Shown: one piece after another, positions 7,842-16,883 of the stretch
Layout of the letters: every line of letters starts with the position of its first letter
Numbering within the stretch: the first letter of the stretch is position 1
Assembly: GCA_046583315.1 (NCBI GenBank)
Contig: JAYGCN010000100.1
Span: forward strand, 1-21,804
DNA from: Candidatus Hydrogenedentota bacterium
GTDB lineage: Bacteria > Hydrogenedentota > Hydrogenedentia > Hydrogenedentales > GCA-2746185
DNA length: 21,804 bases
Direction of reading: 5' to 3'
Made by a program: the position numbers and the translations under genes
Notes under the pieces: model-generated
Told to the model about the DNA's origin: nothing
The model's database searches: none
Seen by the model: the letters and a program-made list of their open reading frames with translations, nothing else

Positions 7842-8864
7842 ATGAAAAAAGAGTCTTGGGGAAGGGTCGGGTCGGTTTGTATGGCATTGTTTACATGTTC
7901 ATTGATGCTGGCGGCCTGCGGAGGTGGTGGCGGCGGCGGTACGGCCGCGGATAATCGGGCCACTATTGGAATATCGGGATCGGTTCTGGGTACGGATTTC
8001 GCGTCAGACGGCGGGTTTGTTTCCAGAGGTGTTGAGGGCGATGTCGTGCCGCCCGGAGATATCGATTCGCTCGTTCTGCATATCACGAAAATCACGATGC
8101 ACCATGCCGGTGATGATGACGAGGAAGTCGGGCCTGTTGAGGATCATACCGACGAAGAAGTCGAAGAGGGTGATGGCTGGATTGAAGTCTACAACGGAAC
8201 GGACGAGGAAGGGTGTACCGACGGAACGCACCCGGAAGGGTGTGAAGAAGATTCGACCCTGTGCGGAATATATGTCGACCTCATGGACTTGAACGGCATG
8301 ACGAGAATCATCGATACGCTTGATATCCACGGTGGCAAGTACACAAAAATGGCAATCTATTATGACCATGCCTGCATCGCGGTTGACGGTGCAGATCCGA
8401 CCGACGAAGTTCATATTACGGCGAACGGGCGGATGTTTGTATCGCAAAATTTCACGCTTGACGCGGGCGGTGAGACGCTCATTCTCATTGATTTCAACGT
8501 CGGTGATATACACGTGACAGTGAATCCCTCCTCGGATCCTCTCCGATACGTGTTGACACCTCAATTGCGAGCAATCGTGAACTTGACTTCTGCGCTCGTT
8601 GAGGATGAAGGGGAGATTACCGACCTGAGTCAAGAAGGTGACCCGAAATGGATTCAGTTGGATGGTGCCCGGGATGTGTATCCAACGGAAGACGCGTCCT
8701 ACATTATCGTGATCGATGAGTTCGGGGCAACGATGTCCCTCGACGGTGAATTCATGGGCCTGAACGAGGGTCAGTTCGTGAGGGTTGAAGGAATCTGCGA
8801 GATAGATGGTTCGATTACGGCGGACTATATCGAAGTTCAGTATGAAGAACCGGAAGCCTCTTAA
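7842..8864 (+). CDS. Acidic lipoprotein with DUF4382-like domain and C-terminal DUF5666-like module
   Basis: Lipobox LAAC followed by a Gly linker. DUF4382-like pattern (SLVLHITKITMH, VDLMDL, GKYTKM, NFTL....LILIDFN, YVLTPQL). C-terminal LNEGQFVRVEG...DGSITADYIEV. Confidence 0.7.
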   Translation: MKKESWGRVGSVCMALFTCSLMLAACGGGGGGGTAADNRATIGISGSVLGTDFASDGGFVSRGVEGDVVPPGDIDSLVLHITKITMHHAGDDDEEVGPVEDHTDEEVEEGDGWIEVYNGTDEEGCTDGTHPEGCEEDSTLCGIYVDLMDLNGMTRIIDTLDIHGGKYTKMAIYYDHACIAVDGADPTDEVHITANGRMFVSQNFTLDAGGETLILIDFNVGDIHVTVNPSSDPLRYVLTPQLRAIVNLTSALVEDEGEITDLSQEGDPKWIQLDGARDVYPTEDASYIIVIDEFGATMSLDGEFMGLNEGQFVRVEGICEIDGSITADYIEVQYEEPEAS

Positions 8865-8901
8865 TATTAACTAGTCTAGAGTAAGATATCGTGCAAATCA
8901 C

Positions 8902-8935
8902 GGCCCGGAGCAATCGCTCTGGGCCTTTTTTGTTT
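8902..8935 (+). terminator. Rho-independent terminator after the lipoprotein gene
   Basis: GGCCCGGAGC-AATC-GCTCTGGGCC stem-loop followed by TTTTTTGTTT. Confidence 0.85.
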
Positions 8936-8995
8936 CTGCTGTATGACTGTTGCACAATGGGGGTGTTGGAAAATTTCGTGAGAGGTGTCAGGACT

Positions 8996-10714
8996 ATGCT
9001 GGATGGATTATTTCGTGGATTGCGAATCGGATTGGCGGGAGTATTGACGGTGATTATGTCGGGTGACAATGAAGCGGCGGCGGCCAAGAAGAAAAAAAAG
9101 GATACGCCTGAGAAAACGGTGATTTCGGACCCCCATCGCGCGGGACGTTCGATGGCGATGGCGCGGAAGGGTATGGTGGCGAGTTCGCATTATCTGGCCA
9201 CGCAGGTGGGTCTGGAAATTCTGCAACAGGGTGGCACGGCGATGGATGCGGCCGTGGCTGTGGCGGCAACCTTGGGTGTCGTTGAGCCGGCGATGATCGG
9301 TATCGGGGGCGATGCATTTTTTCTCTATTACGATGCCAAGACGAAGAAGGTGTATTCGTATGACGGTAGTGGACGTTCTCCGAAGGGTTTGAGTCGCGTG
9401 TATTTTGATGAGAAAGAAGAGAAGAAGATAGACGGAGGGAGTTGGGAGGCCGTCACAGTGCCGGGTGCCGTGGATGCGTATGCGGCCGGACTGGAACGCT
9501 TCGGGAAGTTGAGTCTGAGCGAAGTATTGAAGCCGGCGATTCGGCATGCGCGTGAGGGACACCCCGTGCATGAGGTCGTTGCGACGGTGTGGGGCACGCA
9601 GGTCTCGAAATTGCGGCGCGATGAATGGGCGATGAAACTGAAGTTGGTGGACGGCAAGGCTCCCAAGGCGGGTTCGATTTTTGTGGATGACGCGTTGGCG
9701 GATTCGTTGCAGTTGATCGCGGATGGCGGGCGCGATGCGTTTTACAAAGGACCAATCGCGGAAGAAATCGTGCGCTATTCTAACGAGTCTGGTGGATTTT
9801 TCACGCTGGACGATTTCAGTGAACACGTGGGGGATTGGACCGAACCGGTAAGCGTAAATTACCGCGGCTTCAATGTGTATCAGTGTCCGCCGAGTGGTCA
9901 GGGTTCCGCGACGCTGTTGATGCTGAATATTCTGGAAGGTTTTGATTTGCCTTCGATGGACTACAATTCGCCGGAGTATCTGCATCTACTGATCGAGGCA
10001 AAGAAATTGGCCTACGCGGACATCAAGAAATTTTTCGGCGATCCCGCGCGCGGCGATATTCCGGTGGAGGCCTTGTTGTCCGATGACTATGCGGCGGAAC
10101 GACGCGCGCTGATCAATCCGAAGAAGGCGGCGAAAGAAGTTGATCCCGGCACTCCCAAGAACGGCGACACCGCATACATGACGGTGGTGGATTCCGAGGG
10201 CAACGCGTGTTCGTTCATCAACTCCTTGTTCGGACCTTTTGGCACTGGCATCGTGGGAGGAAGTACCGGGATTCCGTTACAGAATCGCGGCAACGGGTTT
10301 ACGCTCGAAGAAGGCCATTTCAATGAGTACGCGCCGGGTGTCCGACCGTTTCACACGATTATTCCGGGCATGGTCACCAAAGATGGAGACTTGTATATGT
10401 CCTACGGCCTGATGGGGGGATCGATGCAGCCGCAGGGGCACGTACAGTTTCTGCTGAGTCACATCGATCACGGGTTCACCATTCAGGAGGCCGCCGAGAT
10501 ACCACGTTTCCGGCACACAGGCGGATTGACCGTGCGGCTGGAGTCCGGCACGCCAGAATCGGTATTCAAGGGATTGGCGAAGATGGGGCACGATACGAAA
10601 CCTGGTAGCTACGTGCAGATGGGTGGCGCACAGGCGATTATGGTTCATCCAGAGTCCGGCGTATTACTCGGAGCATCCGATCCTCGCAAGGACGGCGTCG
10701 CGCTCGGGTATTAG
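8996..10714 (+). CDS. ggt: Gamma-glutamyltransferase (Ntn hydrolase), probably exported
   Basis: GMVASSH, GGTAMDAAVA, GIGGD.F, VTVPGAV, autocleavage nucleophile in GD|TAYMTVVD, LQNRG, RPFHTIIPG, MGG.MQPQG and SDPRKDG. ATG 8996 chosen because the longer ORF overlaps the terminator and GAGG/AGGA precede it. Confidence 0.93.
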   Translation: MLDGLFRGLRIGLAGVLTVIMSGDNEAAAAKKKKKDTPEKTVISDPHRAGRSMAMARKGMVASSHYLATQVGLEILQQGGTAMDAAVAVAATLGVVEPAMIGIGGDAFFLYYDAKTKKVYSYDGSGRSPKGLSRVYFDEKEEKKIDGGSWEAVTVPGAVDAYAAGLERFGKLSLSEVLKPAIRHAREGHPVHEVVATVWGTQVSKLRRDEWAMKLKLVDGKAPKAGSIFVDDALADSLQLIADGGRDAFYKGPIAEEIVRYSNESGGFFTLDDFSEHVGDWTEPVSVNYRGFNVYQCPPSGQGSATLLMLNILEGFDLPSMDYNSPEYLHLLIEAKKLAYADIKKFFGDPARGDIPVEALLSDDYAAERRALINPKKAAKEVDPGTPKNGDTAYMTVVDSEGNACSFINSLFGPFGTGIVGGSTGIPLQNRGNGFTLEEGHFNEYAPGVRPFHTIIPGMVTKDGDLYMSYGLMGGSMQPQGHVQFLLSHIDHGFTIQEAAEIPRFRHTGGLTVRLESGTPESVFKGLAKMGHDTKPGSYVQMGGAQAIMVHPESGVLLGASDPRKDGVALGY

Positions 10715-10815
10715 GCTGGTAAGATTTGCCCTGTCCGGCAAAAATGTAGCGGTCGAGAGAGCCTATTTGTTAGGACGATTCACGTATTTTGGGCCTTTTC
10801 CTTCAATATCCGCGC

Positions 10816-10831
10816 TGGCACGCATGTTGCT
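10816..10831 (+). promoter_or_regulatory. Sigma54 (-24/-12) promoter of the flagellar operon
   Basis: TGGCACGCATGTTGCT matches the TGGCACG-N4-TTGCW consensus exactly, about 45 nt upstream of flgB. Confidence 0.85.
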
Positions 10832-10874
10832 TTACATACCCGACTAAAAAATTTATATCAGATGGAGACGTGTT

Positions 10875-11270
10875 ATGAGTGTTTTTTCGGGTGTCAGCAC
10901 GGTGGATTTATTGGCCAGTGCCATGGGGGTCGCGCAGGACAACCATCGCATTATCGCCAATAACATCGCCAATGCCGACACACCGGGATATACCCCTGTA
11001 AAGCTGGACTTTCAGGGGACCTTACGTAGCGCAATAGGTGGTCGAGGCCGTATTTCACTCCGCAGTACGCGACCTCAGCACCTGCAGCGTGAGTTTGGGA
11101 CTCCAAGGACGCACCGATTCCGGTCAACGTCGACAAATGATGGAAATAAGGTAGAGTTGGAGATGGAAATCGCTGCTTTGTCGAAAAACACCCGAAAATA
11201 CTCACTTTATGCAAGTATTTTGGCAAAACAGTTCCAAATGACAAAATATATGTTGACAAACACACGCTAA
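10875..11270 (+). CDS. flgB: Flagellar basal-body rod protein FlgB
   Basis: IANNIANADTPGY and DGN.V motifs; size 131 aa; first gene before flgC. Confidence 0.92.
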   Translation: MSVFSGVSTVDLLASAMGVAQDNHRIIANNIANADTPGYTPVKLDFQGTLRSAIGGRGRISLRSTRPQHLQREFGTPRTHRFRSTSTNDGNKVELEMEIAALSKNTRKYSLYASILAKQFQMTKYMLTNTR

Positions 11271-11280
11271 GGTAATAATA

Positions 11281-11700
11281 ATGTTGGATAATATATCAGC
11301 AACAGACATCGCAGTTGGTGGGATTCGTGCGCAACATATCCGCATGAACATCATTGCGAACAACATTGCGAACGCTGAAACGACGCGAACGCCTGAAGGT
11401 GGACCGTTTCGCAGGCAGTTGGCGGTGTTCAAGGGCACAAGCCTTGGTCAACAGTTTAATGCAGACAGATTTGGTGTCATGGTGTCGAAAATCCTGGATG
11501 ACAGCTCGCCGTTTCGTGAGGTGTACAATCCGGGGCACCCTGACGCGAATGAGAATGGCATCGTGTCGTACCCGAATGTGAACTTGTCGGTCGAGATGAT
11601 AAATATGCTATCAGCGCAACGCGCCTATGAAGCGAACATCGATGTGATAACATCGAGTAAGCGAATGGGGGCGAAGGCGCTGGAAATTATACAGGCCTAA
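11281..11700 (+). CDS. flgC: Flagellar basal-body rod protein FlgC
   Basis: RMNIIANNIANAETTRT..GGPFRR, YNPGHPDA, PNVN..VEM and RAYEAN motifs. Confidence 0.97.
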   Translation: MLDNISATDIAVGGIRAQHIRMNIIANNIANAETTRTPEGGPFRRQLAVFKGTSLGQQFNADRFGVMVSKILDDSSPFREVYNPGHPDANENGIVSYPNVNLSVEMINMLSAQRAYEANIDVITSSKRMGAKALEIIQA

Positions 11701-11724
11701 GCGCAAACGAAGTGAAAGTAAACC

Positions 11725-12045
11725 ATGGCAAATCAGTTTGAGATTCCGAAAATAACTGCGCAACAGGTGCGTCGTGTGGATCCGACTGTGTTGCAACCGT
11801 CTCCGTCAGCGGATAAGGCGGGCGGGACTTCGTTTAAGTATGTGCTCACGGAGTCGTTGTCGGAAGTGCAGCGTCTTCAGGTTGAGGCGGACGATACCAT
11901 TCAGAAATTGGTGTCCGGTGAAATTAAGGACGTGACGCAGGCGATGGTCGCGATTGAAAAAGCCGACGTTTCGTTTCAAACGATGATGGCGGTTCGTAAC
12001 AAGATTGTTGCCGCATACGAAGAAGTAATGCGGATGCAAGTATAG
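11725..12045 (+). CDS. fliE: Flagellar hook-basal body protein FliE
   Basis: C-terminal MVAIEKA.VSFQ...AVRNKIVAAYEEVMRMQV. Confidence 0.96.
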   Translation: MANQFEIPKITAQQVRRVDPTVLQPSPSADKAGGTSFKYVLTESLSEVQRLQVEADDTIQKLVSGEIKDVTQAMVAIEKADVSFQTMMAVRNKIVAAYEEVMRMQV

Positions 12046-12281
12046 ATACGGCGTTTTGTCGTGTCGTTATAGTTGAATCACCTGGTATAAATTTTTTAGT
12101 CATCGGGCGGGTACTGTTTACGCGCCCAATCGGTCGTGCGGTTCGCGCGGACGGTGTAGTGCGGAGTTGATAATTGAATACCGGGTGTTATTTTTACGTT
12201 GTAGTGGAACGGTCCTTTTGGGGACTGTGGACGCGATTGGTGCGTCTGATTCCGTTGTGCTAAACGTATGGAGTAATTGCT

Positions 12282-13817
12282 GTGAATGAGTTTCTGCGAC
12301 AACTCGTGACCGGCATCAATGAAGCCTGGAAGCGTTTGTCGGTAAACGCTCGCGTGCAGATAACGTTGTCTGCACTGTTGACCCTTGCCTTGTTTAGCGG
12401 GGCCATCTTCATGGGTGCTCAACCCCAATATACTTTGGCCTATAATGGTCTGGAACGTGATGAGGCCGGCGAAATGGCGGCCTGGCTTGCCGATGAGGGT
12501 ATCCCGTATCGTCTGAGCGGCGGCGGTCGTTCTATAGAGATTCCCGCCGACCTTGTTTCGGATGCAAAGGTAGGCCTGATAGGCATGGATCTGCCGCGTT
12601 CGCAAGGGGTCGTTCCTGGATTCGAGCTGTTTAACACACGCGACTTGATGTCTAACAATTTTCAACAAAAAGTGCAGTATCAGCGTGCCGTGAATGGTGA
12701 GCTTCAACGGCAGTTGAACCAGTTCGATTTCGTGCGAAACTCCAGTGTATTCATTCGCGAGGCACCGGAACGTCTATTTTCGGGGCAGCAGCAATCATCG
12801 TATGCTGCCGTTACATTGGACATTTTGGGCGGGCCGCTTCTGGCCAGTCAAAAGAAGGCCGTTCTCGGGATCATCACCACCTATGGCGGCGCGAATCTTT
12901 CTCAGAACAATGTTACCATCACAGATACCCAAGCCAATTTGATTCACATGCCCATTGAGGATACCTTCGCGGCGATGGCGAGTAGTCATCTGGAAGCCAG
13001 GGTAAATTGGGAAACGCAGCGGGCCAAAAGTATTGAGTCGATGTTTAAGCAGGCCGGCATCAACGCGATTATTCGTGTCAGTGCGACGATGGACTGGTCG
13101 ACCGAAGATGTTCAGAAGACGACGCTCGAAACGAGCCAACCGATCAGCACGATGGAAACCACTGTGGAAAGCACGACGACCGAAGGTGCTTCGGGCGGTG
13201 CTCCGGGTGCCATTGCCAATGTCCCGATCGATCTATTGGATGGTGGCGGAACGGTGACGAGTAGCACAGAGACTACGATTATCGAGAATTTGGATGTTCC
13301 GCGTACTGTAACGAACACCTCGCAGGAACCGGGGCGGGTGACGAAGCATTTAGTGACTGCGTTTATTGAGGGCACGTGGGATGAGCCCGAAGAAGAAGGC
13401 GGCGAGCGAATCTATGTCCCGCTGACTCAGTCCAAGCTGGATGAATATGCTCAGAGTATTGCGCATGCCGTGGGCGATGGGACGACCGTGACGGATGTCA
13501 TCGTGATTGATCAGCAATTTCAGGTGGTGACCTCACTGGCATCAACCATCCCGACGAGTTCGATACTGCAGAATCCCCAGTTGTGGCAAGCGGTTCAGAT
13601 ATTGCTGATTATTGTTGCCTTCGTATTGTTGCGTGTATTCATTCGCCGTGCGATGGTATTGCCTACGGCCGAAGTGGAAGAAGTTATCGAAATGCCGACG
13701 ATGTCGGCTGAGGAGCAGCATAAGCAGGATATCGCAACGGAGGTCGAACGACTTTCGAACGAAGAACCCGAAACCGTGGCGGCGTTGTTGCGTACCTGGA
13801 TAGCGGAAGATGACTAG
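12282..13817 (+). CDS. fliF: Flagellar MS-ring protein FliF
   Basis: N-terminal TM helix, PGFELF, QRA..GEL.R, second TM near the C-terminus, terminal PETVAALLRTW; GGAG SD before GTG; position between fliE and fliG. Confidence 0.93.
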   Translation: MNEFLRQLVTGINEAWKRLSVNARVQITLSALLTLALFSGAIFMGAQPQYTLAYNGLERDEAGEMAAWLADEGIPYRLSGGGRSIEIPADLVSDAKVGLIGMDLPRSQGVVPGFELFNTRDLMSNNFQQKVQYQRAVNGELQRQLNQFDFVRNSSVFIREAPERLFSGQQQSSYAAVTLDILGGPLLASQKKAVLGIITTYGGANLSQNNVTITDTQANLIHMPIEDTFAAMASSHLEARVNWETQRAKSIESMFKQAGINAIIRVSATMDWSTEDVQKTTLETSQPISTMETTVESTTTEGASGGAPGAIANVPIDLLDGGGTVTSSTETTIIENLDVPRTVTNTSQEPGRVTKHLVTAFIEGTWDEPEEEGGERIYVPLTQSKLDEYAQSIAHAVGDGTTVTDVIVIDQQFQVVTSLASTIPTSSILQNPQLWQAVQILLIIVAFVLLRVFIRRAMVLPTAEVEEVIEMPTMSAEEQHKQDIATEVERLSNEEPETVAALLRTWIAEDD

Positions 13818-13835
13818 TCGAGGTAGTTTGTATTT

Positions 13836-14873
13836 ATGAGTCCGAGAGAAAATAAGCCGGATCTTTTTGAAATGTCGGGCAAGAGGAAGGTCGCGGTTTT
13901 CCTGGCCTGTATGGGCGGGGACCGCGCAAGCAAGATTCTGGCTACGATGCGTGATAATGAGATCGAGGATATCACCTTAAGCCTTTCCGAGGTTGAAAAT
14001 GTTGATCCCGATATTCGCAACGGTGTCATGGATGAGTTCTACGAATTGGCCGTAGCGAACAAGGTCATGACGACTGGGGGTCTGGATTATGCCCGAGGGC
14101 TTCTGGAGAAGGCTTTTGGATCGCAACGCACCGTTGAAATTCTGACGCGCTTGCAGAGCAGCCTTCAGGATATCCCCTTCGAATTTTTGAAACGTGCGGA
14201 TGCCGGTCAAATCGTGACATTCATACAGGATGAGCACCCGCAAACCATTTCGCTGATATTGGCCCATTTGCCTCGACAGACCTCGGCCTTGGTATTGTCC
14301 GCGCTGTCGTCGGAAGTGCAAGCGGATGTGGTTCGACGCATCGCGACGATGGAGCGCACTCCACCCGAAGTCGTGCGCGAGGTGGAGCGCGTGCTGGAAC
14401 GCAAAATGGCTTCGGTATTTACCCAGGGCTTTACATTCGCGGGTGGCGTGAAGGAAGTTGCTGAGATTTTGAACAGCATTGATCGTTCAGCGGAAAAATC
14501 GATTATGGGCCAGTTGGAAGAAGAGGATCCCGACCTTGCAGAAGAAATATCGAGGTTGATGTTTACCTTCGACGACCTTGTTTTCGTGGAGGATGGCGGA
14601 ATTCAGAAGGTCTTGCGTGAAATCGAGTCGAAAGATCTCGCACTGGCCCTTAAGGCGGCGAATGATGATGTTCGCGCTAAAGTATTACATAATATGTCCG
14701 AACGTGCACGGGAAATGATTATTGAGGAAATCGATTTCATGGGTCCTGTGCGTTTGAAATATGTCGAAGAAGCGCAGCAAAAAATTGTTGGCGTGATTCG
14801 TGTTCTTGAGGAAGCGGGTGAATTGATTATTTCAGGTCGTGGCAGTGGTGGCGGCGATGAAATTGTGGTGTAA
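13836..14873 (+). CDS. fliG: Flagellar motor switch protein FliG
   Basis: GGLDYA..LLEKA, EHPQTI..ILAHL, GGVK.VAEILN, MFTFDDL, NMSERA and GPVRL..VEEAQ motifs. Confidence 0.97.
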   Translation: MSPRENKPDLFEMSGKRKVAVFLACMGGDRASKILATMRDNEIEDITLSLSEVENVDPDIRNGVMDEFYELAVANKVMTTGGLDYARGLLEKAFGSQRTVEILTRLQSSLQDIPFEFLKRADAGQIVTFIQDEHPQTISLILAHLPRQTSALVLSALSSEVQADVVRRIATMERTPPEVVREVERVLERKMASVFTQGFTFAGGVKEVAEILNSIDRSAEKSIMGQLEEEDPDLAEEISRLMFTFDDLVFVEDGGIQKVLREIESKDLALALKAANDDVRAKVLHNMSERAREMIIEEIDFMGPVRLKYVEEAQQKIVGVIRVLEEAGELIISGRGSGGGDEIVV

Positions 14874-14901
14874 GCATGACGGAGGCTTTGCCGGGTAATT
14901 T

Positions 14902-15573
14902 ATGCATAAGATAATCAAATCCTACGAGACCGAAGAGGATCGGATTCTCAATTACGTCCGAACGCCTCAGGAGCCAATGAATCCGGACGATCTCAGTGGC
15001 GGCAGTTATGTGGATCCGGCGGCCATCTTGGCGGAGGCGCGGGCTCAAGCGGAAGTGCTTGTCGAAGAAGCCTATGCCGAAGGATTGCGTCGCGGGATTG
15101 CCAAGGGGGAACAACAATTTGCTGAATCTGTCGGGCAGGCCTCTGAAATGATTGGCGAAGTGGCCCAGCAACTGAAAGACCATCGCGCTACTTACGTTAA
15201 AGATATTGAATCCCAAGTGGTCGCGCTTGGTCATCTGGTGGCCACAAAAATATTAGGAAGAGAACTGGCTACGTCGTCGGAACTCGTCAATGAGATGGTT
15301 CAAGGTGCCGTCGAACGCTTGAGCATGGAAGAACGGATTCGGGTACGTGTGAATCCCTCGGATTTGGACCGTGTTCATGCGACGGAATCGGAATTACGGG
15401 AACGGTTTTCGCGCATTACGCACCTGGAAATTATTGCGGATGACTCGATTGAGAGTGGCGGATGTGTGGCCGAATCGGACGCCCTGTACGTCGATGCGCA
15501 GCTTTCTGCACAACTGAACGAAGTCATTGATGGCCTGAACGATACGGGCGCTGAAGGCGAGGGCGATGACTAG
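14902..15573 (+). CDS. fliH: Flagellar export protein FliH
   Basis: AxxxGxxxG repeats (AYAEGLRRGIAKG), RVNPSD and D.SIESGGCV.ES motifs; directly upstream of and overlapping fliI. Confidence 0.9.
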   Translation: MHKIIKSYETEEDRILNYVRTPQEPMNPDDLSGGSYVDPAAILAEARAQAEVLVEEAYAEGLRRGIAKGEQQFAESVGQASEMIGEVAQQLKDHRATYVKDIESQVVALGHLVATKILGRELATSSELVNEMVQGAVERLSMEERIRVRVNPSDLDRVHATESELRERFSRITHLEIIADDSIESGGCVAESDALYVDAQLSAQLNEVIDGLNDTGAEGEGDD

Positions 15574-16876
15574 ACTCGCGGCCTATGCGGAGTCGCTGGC
15601 ATCCCTTGATACGATGCCCATCTATGGACGCGTGCGAGACGTCGTGGGGCTTACGATTGAGGCGACGGGCCCTCCGATGCGTGTCGGTGATTTTTGCACG
15701 ATTCGCTCGTCTTCGTCTCATCTCAATATCTCTGTGGAGGTAGTAGGTTTTCGGGACGAACGAATTTTATTGATGCCGCTGGATGACAGTCGCGGCATCG
15801 GACCCGGCGATGTGCTGGTGCCGACGCACGCGCCGCTGCATGTGACGGGAAGTACGGAATTACTGGGCCGTGTGTTGAATGGTGTTGGCGATCCCATGGA
15901 TGGCGGTCCTCCGCTCCTGGGCGGAACCCCTTTGTCGATTGTAGCAGCTCCTCCTGGCGCGATGGAGCGCACGCGGATTGTAGACCCGATTACGACAGGT
16001 GTACGGTCGATTGATTCCTTCATGACCTGCGGTCGCGGACAGCGCATGGGCATCATGTCCGGCAGCGGCGTGGGGAAAAGTAAATTAATCAGTATGATCG
16101 CGCGGAATACAGATGCGGACGTGAATGTAATTGCGCTGATAGGCGCGCGCGGTCGTGAGGTATTGGACTTTATTGAAGGAGATCTGGGTGAAGAGGGGCT
16201 CAAGAATTCCGTAGTGATCGTTGCGACTTCTGATGAGCCGGCCTTGATGCGCGTAAACGGGGCGTATCTGGCAACGGCCGTGGCGGAATACTTTCGGGAT
16301 CGCGGTGCGCATGTCATGTTGATGATGGATTCGGTCACACGTTTCGCGATGGCGCAACGGGAGATTGGCCTGGCCATCGGAGAGCCGCCGACAACCAAGG
16401 GCTATCCACCGTCGGTATTCTCGGTGCTGCCAAAATTGATGGAGCGTCCGGGTTCGACGGAAAAAGGGAGTATCACGGGTTTTTACGCGGTACTGGTTGA
16501 GGGCGACGATTTTAACGATCCGATAGGGGATTCGGTGCGCAGCATTCTGGACGGTCACCTGGTTTTGTCGCGTGATTTGGCAACGCGCGGCCATTTTCCG
16601 GCCGTGGATGTGCTGGAGAGCATTAGCCGGGTCATGATCGATGTGACTTCCGATTCGCATCGGCAACTCGCGAACGAACTTCGATTGTTGATGGCGACCC
16701 ATCGGGACGCGGAGGATTTGATCAACATCGGGGCGTATGTGCAGGGCAGTAATCCCGAGATTGATCGGGCGATTCGGCTGGTGCCACGAATTAACGACTA
16801 TCTTCGACAGGGTTTGTCGGATTCCTTCAGTATGGAAAACATTGAGCAACGTCTTCAACAGATTCTGGCGGGATAG
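15566..16876 (+). CDS. fliI: Flagellar export ATPase FliI, with catalytic Glu replaced by Ala
   Basis: Walker A GSGVGKS, Walker B MLMMDSVTRFA, GEPPTTKGYPPSVF, ILDGH, SISRVM and IGAY motifs. ALIGARGREV in place of ALIGERGREV. Confidence 0.96.
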   Translation: MTRLAAYAESLASLDTMPIYGRVRDVVGLTIEATGPPMRVGDFCTIRSSSSHLNISVEVVGFRDERILLMPLDDSRGIGPGDVLVPTHAPLHVTGSTELLGRVLNGVGDPMDGGPPLLGGTPLSIVAAPPGAMERTRIVDPITTGVRSIDSFMTCGRGQRMGIMSGSGVGKSKLISMIARNTDADVNVIALIGARGREVLDFIEGDLGEEGLKNSVVIVATSDEPALMRVNGAYLATAVAEYFRDRGAHVMLMMDSVTRFAMAQREIGLAIGEPPTTKGYPPSVFSVLPKLMERPGSTEKGSITGFYAVLVEGDDFNDPIGDSVRSILDGHLVLSRDLATRGHFPAVDVLESISRVMIDVTSDSHRQLANELRLLMATHRDAEDLINIGAYVQGSNPEIDRAIRLVPRINDYLRQGLSDSFSMENIEQRLQQILAG

Positions 16877-16883
16877 GTGAATC

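Noticed and set aside
8891..8995. N-terminal extension of ggt given by the ORF track
   Set aside because: Overlaps the terminator of the upstream gene; ATG 8996 has an SD and yields a signal-like N-terminus.
9008..9985. 325-aa minus-strand ORF and similar antisense ORFs within ggt and the flagellar genes
   Set aside because: Shadow ORFs opposite strongly supported genes, with no family signatures.
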